From Candidatus Moraniibacteriota bacterium (GTDB lineage Bacteria > Patescibacteriota > Minisyncoccia > Moranbacterales > GCA-2747515), in NCBI GenBank assembly GCA_942490825.1, contig CALNYG010000003.1:4105-68104 (forward strand): a DNA stretch of 64,000 nt, written 5' to 3'. Shown piece by piece: positions 35,042 to 42,730 of this stretch (positions are counted from its first letter, which is position 1; each line of letters begins with the position of its first letter). The notes beneath the pieces were generated by a model. That model did not search any database and was not told the DNA's origin. It worked only from the letters and a program-made list of their open reading frames with translations. The position numbers and the translations under genes were made by a program.

Positions 35042-35740
35042 CTAAACTAAATTCAAATCCTCTTTAAGTATTTCAAAAACTTTATCTTTAGAATTTTCGC
35101 CTAATATTTTTTTTAAATTCCATTTGGAAAATTTCTGATTTAAAATTGCGTTCTTTATTTTTAAATAACTCAAGCCTTGTTCTGGTGCACGATCACGAGT
35201 CATAATTTCATCAGGTGAAACAGAAAGATAAAAAGCCTTATTTGGACGGGGAATTATTTTTTCGATAATTCGAATTACTAGACAAGTTTGAGTATTGGCT
35301 AAAGTAATTTCATTTTCTTCATTCTTTTTATTTTTTTTAAAAAAAAGATTTTGGGTTAAGTATTCTATATTTACAATTGAGTCATAAAAGTAGCGATCAG
35401 TAACAAGGTGAGTGTAACCTTTTTTTTTTATTTTCTTGATAAATTTTTTGAAGCGAAAAACATCAACGATCAGAAATATTTTTCTGATTTGGATCAGAAA
35501 CCAATTTGCTTGAGCCACAGATTCGTCTGTGTCTTTTTTTAAATCTTTTGATTTTTTATTTTTGGATTTGAAAAGATTGTTAATTTTATTGGCAATTGAA
35601 AATTGGATGGCGTGAAAGTAAAGGACTTTTTTGCCTTGTTTTTCCAGATGTTTTTTGAGCATGTTTACTTGGGTGGTTTTTCCTGAACCATCGAGTCCTG
35701 ATATGCTGATTATTTTTAATGTTGGGTTTTTTGTGGACAT
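35042..35740 (-). CDS. Thymidylate kinase-family P-loop kinase (dTMP kinase-like)
   Basis: ISISGLDGSGKTTQ P-loop and the TDRYFYDSIVN (DRY-type) motif. 232 aa with an insertion. Confidence 0.55.
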   Translation of the reverse strand: MSTKNPTLKIISISGLDGSGKTTQVNMLKKHLEKQGKKVLYFHAIQFSIANKINNLFKSKNKKSKDLKKDTDESVAQANWFLIQIRKIFLIVDVFRFKKFIKKIKKKGYTHLVTDRYFYDSIVNIEYLTQNLFFKKNKKNEENEITLANTQTCLVIRIIEKIIPRPNKAFYLSVSPDEIMTRDRAPEQGLSYLKIKNAILNQKFSKWNLKKILGENSKDKVFEILKEDLNLV

Positions 35741-35761
35741 AGTTTTTATTTAATGTGCTTC

Positions 35762-35890
35762 TATTATAGCGAAATTTGGGAGTTTCGTCGCTATTGACAT
35801 TGTTATTATTATGTGATAAGATTAGCTTTCGGAAATGGTTCCGAGTTTGTTCGTTCTTTTAATTTTCAAAAACCTCAAGGAGGGTATATT
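35762..35890 (+). promoter_or_regulatory. Shared promoter plus 5' leader module, copy B
   Basis: TATTATAGCGAAATTTGGG...TTGACA (35794), 17 nt, extended -10 TGATAAGAT, leader hairpin TCGGAA-ATGG-TTCCGA, then AAGGAGGG SD. Confidence 0.6.
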
Positions 35891-36436
35891 TTGAAAAAGT
35901 TATTATTGGTGGCAGGATTGTTTTTATTTTTATTTCCGTCAGTAAGTTTGGCAGAAAGAAATTCTGGAGAAGATGTAAGAAGAAGTCTGCATGGAGAGGA
36001 CTCTTCTGTTAAGGCTAGAAGGGCTTTTAAAATACTAAAAAAGCCATTTCGAGTAGTTAAGGAGGGTGATAATTTTATAATAATTACCACTCTTCAGGAC
36101 GATGAAAAATGGATTTTTTCTTGGCCTGTTTTAAAAAAGGCGGTTGCAAAGAAAAAATCATCTCTGCCTGTAGGCATGCAGACAGCCATCTTCACAGTGC
36201 GTTCTCCGCGTACTGCTAAAGAATTAGACAGGGCATTAAATGAGAGGATTCATACAATGCCTGGAAACCTTTCTTTAGATGATTTAGATAAGAAGAGACG
36301 GATTTTGTTACCGAAAGGTGTTGGTAAAAGAAAAAATAGTAGAATTCAAACTTTAGTAAAAAACAGAATTTCTAATAAAGATCTTCAATCATTTCAAGGG
36401 GGTGAAGTAAGAGCAATTCATTATTACGGACCTTAG
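35891..36436 (+). CDS. Secreted basic protein (about 181 aa)
   Basis: Start moved to the TTG at 35891 (SD AAGGAGGG lies 7 nt upstream), giving MKKLLLVAGLFLFLFPSVSLA signal peptide. The 5' part of the track ORF is promoter-module sequence. Confidence 0.55.
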   Translation: MKKLLLVAGLFLFLFPSVSLAERNSGEDVRRSLHGEDSSVKARRAFKILKKPFRVVKEGDNFIIITTLQDDEKWIFSWPVLKKAVAKKKSSLPVGMQTAIFTVRSPRTAKELDRALNERIHTMPGNLSLDDLDKKRRILLPKGVGKRKNSRIQTLVKNRISNKDLQSFQGGEVRAIHYYGP

Positions 36437-36611
36437 AAGAAAAAAACGAACAATTGGCAGTGTTATCTGATTGTTCGTTTCAAAAATTTCGAGATAATTT
36501 TAAAAGATTGTCTTTAGATTTTTGAAAAAACTTTTGTTGAATTTTGAATTGAAAAATGTGAACTTAAAATTTTGTGTAGGGATTTGTCAGTGGTAAGTCC
36601 CTTACGGTTAT

Positions 36612-36659
36612 GTATCATAGCCCGTGCGGCGAGCCTGCCTATCGGCAGACAGGCACTTT
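36612..36659 (+). repeat. R1 box, long form
   Basis: GTATCATAGCCCGTGCGGCGAGCCTGCCTATCGGCAGACAGGCACTTT. Confidence 0.85.
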
Positions 36660-36740
36660 AAAAATCATAAATTAAGTGAGATATCTTGAGATCAGTATTG
36701 ATTTTTATTGAGAATTATATATAATAGAAAGAGTTATTAA

Positions 36741-36811
36741 TGGGCTGTAGCCAAGTGGTAAGGCATCGGGTTCTGATCCCGCGACCGTAGGTTCGAATCC
36801 TACCGGCCCAA
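36741..36811 (+). tRNA. tRNA-Gln (anticodon CUG)
   Basis: Hand-folded. Acceptor stem TGGGCTG/CGGCCCA (U1-A72 as in bacterial tRNA-Gln). D arm GCC-AAGTGGTAA-GGC. Anticodon loop TTCTGAT. T arm GTAGG-TTCGAAT-CCTAC. CCA is not encoded. Confidence 0.85.
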
Positions 36812-36838
36812 CAGAAATTTTAAACTTTTTATTTTTCC

Positions 36839-37003
36839 TGTCATTCTGAACGAAGCGTAGCGTAGTGAAGAATCCCCCAAGGAAAAGCACGAAACTTTAA
36901 AATTAAAGTATCAGAAAAAATTACGGGGATTCTTCACTGCATAAAATTTTTTACAAAAATTTTCTTACGCCTGTCTGCCGACAAAGGCAGGTTCAGAATG
37001 ACA
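36839..37003. repeat. R2 element, full copy with embedded H hairpin (36970-36991)
   Basis: TGTCATTCTGAAC-GAAGCGTAGCGTAGTGAAGAATCCCC ... GGGGATTCTTCAC ... [CCTGTCTGCCGACAAAGGCAGG] TTCAGAATGACA. Ends 11 nt before the truB ATG. Confidence 0.85.
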
Positions 37004-37014
37004 AACTTTATTTT

Positions 37015-37740
37015 ATGAAAGCAAAAGGATTTTTTACTGTCAATAAACCACTTGGGATTAGCTCGCAGAGAGCTGTTCAATTTGTAAAATATTGGGCACG
37101 AAAAAAAACAGGCAATCGTAAAATCAGAGTTGGACATGCAGGAACACTTGATCCGTTAGCGACGGGTGTTTTAGTCATTGCTGTAGACAGAGAATACACT
37201 AAACAAATTGATCAAGTGGTTGAAGCAGAAAAAGAATATATTGCAGAAATAAAATTAGGTGAAACTAGTACAACAGATGACGCAGAAGGCGAAAAGAAAG
37301 TTTTCAACGTTGAAAAAAAACCAACTGATTTGGAGATTGAAAAGGTCTTGCAAAATTTTATTGGAAAAATTAAACAGATTCCGCCAAGTTACAGTGCAAT
37401 TAAAATTAAAGGACAGGAGGCATATAAAAGAGTGCGAAAAGGTGAGGTTGTTAAAATGAAAGAGAGGACTGTTGAAATTAAAAAAATAGAAACTTTAAAT
37501 TATAGTTATCCTTTTTTGAAAATCAAAGTTGTTTGTGGAAAAGGGACTTACATTCGATCATTGGCAAGAGATGTTGGGGAGTGTTTACAGATAGGTGGTT
37601 ATTTGTCGTTTCTTCAGCGGACAAGAGTGGGACAGTTTGATTTGAAAAATGCGTATGAGGTTTTTGAGTTTAAAAGAGATAAGAGTTTTAAGGAAATGTT
37701 TTTAACTTTTGTGAATAGAGTTAAAAGAATTTTTAAATAG
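37015..37740 (+). CDS. truB: tRNA pseudouridine(55) synthase
   Basis: VNKPLGISS...GHAGTLDPLATGVL catalytic Asp motif. About 241 aa. Confidence 0.85.
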   Translation: MKAKGFFTVNKPLGISSQRAVQFVKYWARKKTGNRKIRVGHAGTLDPLATGVLVIAVDREYTKQIDQVVEAEKEYIAEIKLGETSTTDDAEGEKKVFNVEKKPTDLEIEKVLQNFIGKIKQIPPSYSAIKIKGQEAYKRVRKGEVVKMKERTVEIKKIETLNYSYPFLKIKVVCGKGTYIRSLARDVGECLQIGGYLSFLQRTRVGQFDLKNAYEVFEFKRDKSFKEMFLTFVNRVKRIFK

Positions 37741-37755
37741 ATAATAAAAAAAGAT

Positions 37756-38115
37756 ATGTCTATAGAAAAAATGCCAACTTTTGAACAAGTTAAAAGTCCT
37801 GAACAAATATTAATTGAAATACTTAAAACATATGGCTTGAATAGTGAAACGCGAAAATATTTAATCGAATATCAAAAAGAACAAGAAAGAATGAATGAAG
37901 GATTTGATGGGGATGAATATAAAATAGAACAAATAAAATCAAATCTTAAAATCGCACGAATATATCGCGAGGCTGAACTTGACGGAGAGATAATTAGAGG
38001 AACTTATGATGATTTATTGACTCAAATATATCAAGAATTTGGAAATTGTGAATTTTATTGGGAAGTATATGAAGAATTAGAAGATTGTAAAAAACAATTT
38101 GATTCTAGCAAATAA
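37756..38115 (+). CDS. Hypothetical acidic protein
   Basis: 119-aa ORF with no recognisable motif. Confidence 0.4.
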   Translation: MSIEKMPTFEQVKSPEQILIEILKTYGLNSETRKYLIEYQKEQERMNEGFDGDEYKIEQIKSNLKIARIYREAELDGEIIRGTYDDLLTQIYQEFGNCEFYWEVYEELEDCKKQFDSSK

Positions 38116-38181
38116 ATTGAAAAGTTTTTTAGAAAATAATTTTTTCAGGAAAGTATAGATGTAGAATTTAATTTTAAACCC

Positions 38182-38208
38182 AAAAAGCCCGTGCGGCGAG
38201 CACTTTTT
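38182..38208 (+). repeat. R1 box, short form
   Basis: AAAAAGCCCGTGCGGCGAGCACTTTTT, 19 nt before the next ATG. Confidence 0.85.
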
Positions 38209-38227
38209 AAATATAAAGTTTTTAAAA

Positions 38228-39343
38228 ATGAAAATAGCAATACATGCCAGCGAATTAGATCAGGAAAGAATCGATGGAACGCGGGTTTATATTTCGCAGT
38301 TACTTAAACATTTTCACAAATTAAATTCTGAAGATGAATTTTTAATTTATCATAAAGGCGATTTTAATTCAGAATTAGCACCGCCTGAAGCTGAAAATTA
38401 TACAATAAAAAAAATAAATCCTGCACCTTTTTGGACGCAGAATAAATTTTCCATGCAAGTTTTTCGGGATAATGTCGATGTGCTTTGGATGCCGTTGCAT
38501 GATTTGCCGATGGTGCGGAGGAAAAATATGAAAACTGTTGTTACGGCTCATGATTTGGCTTTTAAACTTTTTCCTGAAACTTTTACAAAAAAAGATTTGT
38601 TAAAATTAAATCTTCTAGCAGATTATTCATTTCCGAATGCAGATAAAATTATTGCGATTTCTGAAGCGACGAAAAATGATCTTTTGAAATTTTACCCAAA
38701 AATTAAAGAAGAAAATATTCAAGTGATTCATCATGGATTTGATGCGAGTTTTTGGCAGAAAGATTTATCAGATGATGAAATTGAAAAAGTTTTAAAAAAG
38801 TTTAATGTTATTGAAAATAAATACTTGATTTATGTCGGAGCAATTCAGCCACGAAAGAATTTGAAATTTTTGATTAAAGTTTTTGATAGAATTAAGAAAA
38901 ATTATCCTGAGTTGAAATTGGTTTTGGCGGGTGGAAATGGTTGGATGTGGCAAGATGTTTATCAAGCGGCTGAGATTAGTAAGTTTTCAAATGATATTAT
39001 TTTTACGAAAAATATTCCTTTTGCTGTGATGCGGATTTTATTGCGGAGTGCGAAGTTGTTTGTTTTGCCGAGTTTGTATGAAGGTTTTGGAATTCCTGTT
39101 TTGGAAGCGATGGCGAGTGGTGTACCTGCGGTGTGTGCGAATAATTCAAGTTTATCTGAAGTTGGCGGGGAAGCGGTTGGTTTTTTCGAAACGGATAGTT
39201 TGGATGATTGTGAAAATGAGATTTTGAAGGTTTTGAATAATAGTGATTTGCAAAATGAAATGATTTTAAAAGGCTTGAAAAGAGTCGGTAATTTTTCATG
39301 GGAAAAATGTGCGGAGGAGACTTTGGGGGTTTTAAGGGGTTGA
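38228..39343 (+). CDS. Glycosyltransferase family 4 (GT-B)
   Basis: LPSLYEGFGIPVLEAMASGVPAVC (E-x7-E motif). 371 aa. Confidence 0.8.
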   Translation: MKIAIHASELDQERIDGTRVYISQLLKHFHKLNSEDEFLIYHKGDFNSELAPPEAENYTIKKINPAPFWTQNKFSMQVFRDNVDVLWMPLHDLPMVRRKNMKTVVTAHDLAFKLFPETFTKKDLLKLNLLADYSFPNADKIIAISEATKNDLLKFYPKIKEENIQVIHHGFDASFWQKDLSDDEIEKVLKKFNVIENKYLIYVGAIQPRKNLKFLIKVFDRIKKNYPELKLVLAGGNGWMWQDVYQAAEISKFSNDIIFTKNIPFAVMRILLRSAKLFVLPSLYEGFGIPVLEAMASGVPAVCANNSSLSEVGGEAVGFFETDSLDDCENEILKVLNNSDLQNEMILKGLKRVGNFSWEKCAEETLGVLRG

Positions 39344-39435
39344 CTGAAGTTATTTTTTTAGTTATTATTTAACTTCTGGTAAAAATAGGTTTATCAGATT
39401 TTAATAGTTCATTTAAAAAACAAGGAGACTTTGAG

Positions 39436-39780
39436 ATGGTAAAAACAAAAGCCTTGCGAGTAAAATTAGAAAAAGGTTCCATAGTTGTCTGGATTAAAAA
39501 TAGTCATGGTAAATTTGAGGAGATAGTGCGTTTTATTTTTAAAAATGCCTATGAGGAGCAGTTCATTATTCATATGAGCAATGAATCCGCAAATATGCTT
39601 GAAAGTAAATATAATTATAATATCAAATATTCTTCAAATTTAGATAATTTTTTTAGAAGGGTTTTTTCTAAAGCCTTTGATGAAAATATTAGAAAACGAA
39701 GAAGGAAAAAAAATGGTATTGTAGATTATTTTTTGTGTAATATTTTTATGAAAGTTTTAAAAGGAGACTATAATGAATGA
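39436..39780 (+). CDS. Hypothetical basic protein (first gene of overlapping pair)
   Basis: AAGGAGACT SD. 114 aa with an RKRRRKKN basic patch. Confidence 0.45.
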   Translation: MVKTKALRVKLEKGSIVVWIKNSHGKFEEIVRFIFKNAYEEQFIIHMSNESANMLESKYNYNIKYSSNLDNFFRRVFSKAFDENIRKRRRKKNGIVDYFLCNIFMKVLKGDYNE

Positions 39781-40114
39781 TGAAATGACGTGTCCAAATT
39801 GCGGAAAGGAGATAACTGATAAAATTGGACTGACCAATATTGGTGATAAAATTTGTTGCGATTTTTGTAAAACTACTATACTGAAAGGGGTGAATAGAAA
39901 ATTTATTTCTACACTTTTAACTCTAAGATCACTAAATCAACTCCTAAAAAACACGGAATTAATTCCAGTTTCTACAGTGAATTGCAAAAGACTTAGAGAT
40001 TTAATTGCTACTGGAGGTCCATATATTTTCTCTGGATCTGAAAATGGCAGAATTTTTTTAAACTATTCTACAGAAGAGTCTTTTCCTGTAGAATGGTTTA
40101 TTTTAAAAAATTGA
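39773..40114 (+). CDS. Hypothetical zinc-ribbon protein (second gene of overlapping pair)
   Basis: AAGGAGACT SD. Start overlaps the upstream stop by 8 nt (ATGAATGA). N-terminal CPNC...CCDFC. Confidence 0.45.
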   Translation: MNDEMTCPNCGKEITDKIGLTNIGDKICCDFCKTTILKGVNRKFISTLLTLRSLNQLLKNTELIPVSTVNCKRLRDLIATGGPYIFSGSENGRIFLNYSTEESFPVEWFILKN

Positions 40115-40146
40115 AAAGTTCTTATTTTAAAAAGAACTAAAAAAAG

Positions 40147-40178
40147 AAGGCGAGTTTTGTATTCAAAACCGCCTTTTT
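40147..40178 (+). terminator. Intrinsic terminator
   Basis: AAGGCGAGTTTT-GTATTC-AAAACCGCCTT followed by T-run. Confidence 0.65.
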
Positions 40179-40358
40179 AAAATGATAAAATAAATTATAA
40201 GATTTTTGGTAATTTTAATTTTCTAATACAATTTTCATTGTTAAATTAATTGTTTTGAATATTTTAAAAAAATAAAATAACTTTAAAAAATAGTTAAAAC
40301 AAAATTAATAATTTATGCTAAAATACAAATAGAATATAATAAAAATTAATCTAAAAAT

Positions 40359-41588
40359 ATGGAACATAATAAATCATCAAGCGAACTCGAAGATAATATC
40401 AATTCCATAAAAAAATCCAAGCACAATCTAGTTATTGGCAGTATCATTGTATTAGTATTAATCTTAACAATGCTTGTGATTTTATTATTTAACTTCAAAA
40501 AAGAAAATTTAGGAATCAAAAAAGAAAAAGCTAAAAATAATGTAATTTCAGAAATGACAGAACAAAAAGATTCTTCAATCAAAAAGTTTTCAGATTATAA
40601 CGAATTAAAAGATTTCCTAGAGAGCAATTCTAATAATGTAGCTGGTGAACCAATGTATGGAAATGCTATAGATAGCGATGAAATTGATATGGTATTAGAA
40701 GAAGGTGGTATGGCAAGAAAATCAAATATCGTTGAAATAGAAACAACACAAATGCCAACAACAGCAGAAGATAAAAAAAAATATTCAGAAACAAATATCC
40801 AAGTTGAAGGTGTAGACGAAGCAGATATTATAAAAACAGATGGAAATTATATTTACACAGTCTCAAAGAAAAATTTATTTATTGTTGATAGTAAAGATCC
40901 AAAAAATTTAAATATTCTTTCTAAAATAGAATTCGAAGATCAGCCACAAGATATTTATTTAAATAATGACCGATTAATTGTTTTTGGACGCAATAATGAG
41001 ATTCGCAAAAAAGAAAAATATTCTAATTTTAAAAGACACTCCCAATACACATTTTTTAAAGTTTTTGATATCAGCGATCGACAGAATCCGAAACAGTTAA
41101 AAAATTATGATTTTGAAGGAAATTATTCAAACTCGAGAATGATTGGTGATCATGTTTATTTTTTAACTAATACTTCAAGCGTAAACTATAGTGATCCATT
41201 TCCAGTTCCACGAGTTTTAGATAATAATACAGAAATTTATAATTATTCAAAAGAAAAGCAAAGTTGTTCGGGTGGCTGTCCTGATGTTTATTATATTGAT
41301 GATATTAGCAGTCGTTACACGATGGTTAATGTTATGGCGATAAATGTTCAAGATGTTAGTGTGGAAAACAATGATAGTTTGAGTCATGAGGTTTATTTAA
41401 TGCCACATAATCAAAATTTATACGTTTCACAGGATAATTTGTATCTAACTTACACAAAATATTTAAATCAACAAGATTTTTTAACTAATTTAAAATTAGA
41501 AATTGTTTGGAATAAACTTTCTGCTAGCGAACAAAATAAAATAAATAAAATTAAAAATGCTGAATATTTTATTTTTAAGCAAAGGTGA
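40359..41588 (+). CDS. Beta-propeller-domain secreted protein, N-terminal half of a split gene
   Basis: TM anchor, then SETNIQVEGVDEADIIKTDGNYIYTV, a block characteristic of the bacterial/archaeal Beta_propel family. Confidence 0.65.
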   Translation: MEHNKSSSELEDNINSIKKSKHNLVIGSIIVLVLILTMLVILLFNFKKENLGIKKEKAKNNVISEMTEQKDSSIKKFSDYNELKDFLESNSNNVAGEPMYGNAIDSDEIDMVLEEGGMARKSNIVEIETTQMPTTAEDKKKYSETNIQVEGVDEADIIKTDGNYIYTVSKKNLFIVDSKDPKNLNILSKIEFEDQPQDIYLNNDRLIVFGRNNEIRKKEKYSNFKRHSQYTFFKVFDISDRQNPKQLKNYDFEGNYSNSRMIGDHVYFLTNTSSVNYSDPFPVPRVLDNNTEIYNYSKEKQSCSGGCPDVYYIDDISSRYTMVNVMAINVQDVSVENNDSLSHEVYLMPHNQNLYVSQDNLYLTYTKYLNQQDFLTNLKLEIVWNKLSASEQNKINKIKNAEYFIFKQR

Positions 41589-41592
41589 AAAA

Positions 41593-42720
41593 ATGCGAAA
41601 AATCCAAATGATCGTAGAAAGAATTAATCTTTCTGAAGAAGATGAAAAAACATTGGATGATAAATTAAAAAATAAAGTTCAAGAATTGTATCCGCAAATT
41701 GTTGATAAAATTGAAGAAACAATAGTTCATAAAATTGCAATTGATGATGGCAACTTGGAATATAAAGGATTTGGGGCTGTTCCTGGCACAGTTTTAAATC
41801 AATTTTCTATGGATGAAAATGGTGAGAATTTTAGAATTGCAACGACAAGAAGTCAAAATCGAACGTATTGGTTGCGAAATTATAACATAGAAGATATTAA
41901 AAATCAACAAGAATCTTACAATAATTTGTATGTTTTAGATAATGATTTAAAAATTTCTGGACGTCTTGAGGGATTAGCTGAGGGCGAGAAAATTTATTCT
42001 GTTAGATTTATGGGCAATCGAGCTTATATGGTGACCTTTCGTCAAACTGATCCACTTTTTGTAATTGATTTACAAAATCCAAAGAATCCAAAAGTTTTGG
42101 GTAAATTGAAAATTCCTGGATTTTCTAATTATCTCCATCCTTATGACGAAAATCATTTGATTGGAATTGGTAAAGATACAAAGGAAAACTCTTTTGGTGG
42201 TGTTGTGACTAGTGGTTTGAAAATTTCATTATTTGATGTTTCTGACGTGGCAAATCCTAAAGAAAAAGCGAAGTATATTTTGGGCGGAAAGGGAAGCGAT
42301 TCAATTGCTTTGCGAGATCATAAAGCTGTTCTTTTTGATAAGGAAAAGAATTTGTTAGTTTTGCCTGTTACTTTACGAGATTATAATAATGAGCGTGTTT
42401 CTATTCCTGTGATGAATAGTGATCTTGTGAGTGAGCGATATATGCCGGTTGAGAAGCATTTTGTTGGTGCTGCTGTTTTGAATATTGATGATAAAAATAT
42501 TGGTTTACGTGGTTTGATTTCTCATTCTAAAAATAGTGTTGATAATTGGTGTTTGGGTAGTTGTTATGGTGATGTTATTTTGCGGAGTTTGTGGATTGAT
42601 GATGCTTTGTATACTTTTTCGAATGGGTTTTTGCAGGCGAATGATGTTTCTAGTTTGAATTTGATTAAGAAATTGGAATTGGTGTTTGGTGGCGAGGATG
42701 ATTTTCGGGTGGTGAATTAA
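41593..42720 (+). CDS. Beta-propeller-domain protein, C-terminal half of a split gene
   Basis: LNQFSMDENGENFRIATT, VRFMGNRAYMVTFRQTDPLFVIDL and KIPGFSNYLHPYDENHLIGIG blocks. The start is chosen at the ATG preceded by AAAGGTGA, which contains the upstream TGA stop. The track ORF starts at 41557. Confidence 0.6.
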   Translation: MRKIQMIVERINLSEEDEKTLDDKLKNKVQELYPQIVDKIEETIVHKIAIDDGNLEYKGFGAVPGTVLNQFSMDENGENFRIATTRSQNRTYWLRNYNIEDIKNQQESYNNLYVLDNDLKISGRLEGLAEGEKIYSVRFMGNRAYMVTFRQTDPLFVIDLQNPKNPKVLGKLKIPGFSNYLHPYDENHLIGIGKDTKENSFGGVVTSGLKISLFDVSDVANPKEKAKYILGGKGSDSIALRDHKAVLFDKEKNLLVLPVTLRDYNNERVSIPVMNSDLVSERYMPVEKHFVGAAVLNIDDKNIGLRGLISHSKNSVDNWCLGSCYGDVILRSLWIDDALYTFSNGFLQANDVSSLNLIKKLELVFGGEDDFRVVN

Positions 42721-42730
42721 TTTTAAAAAT

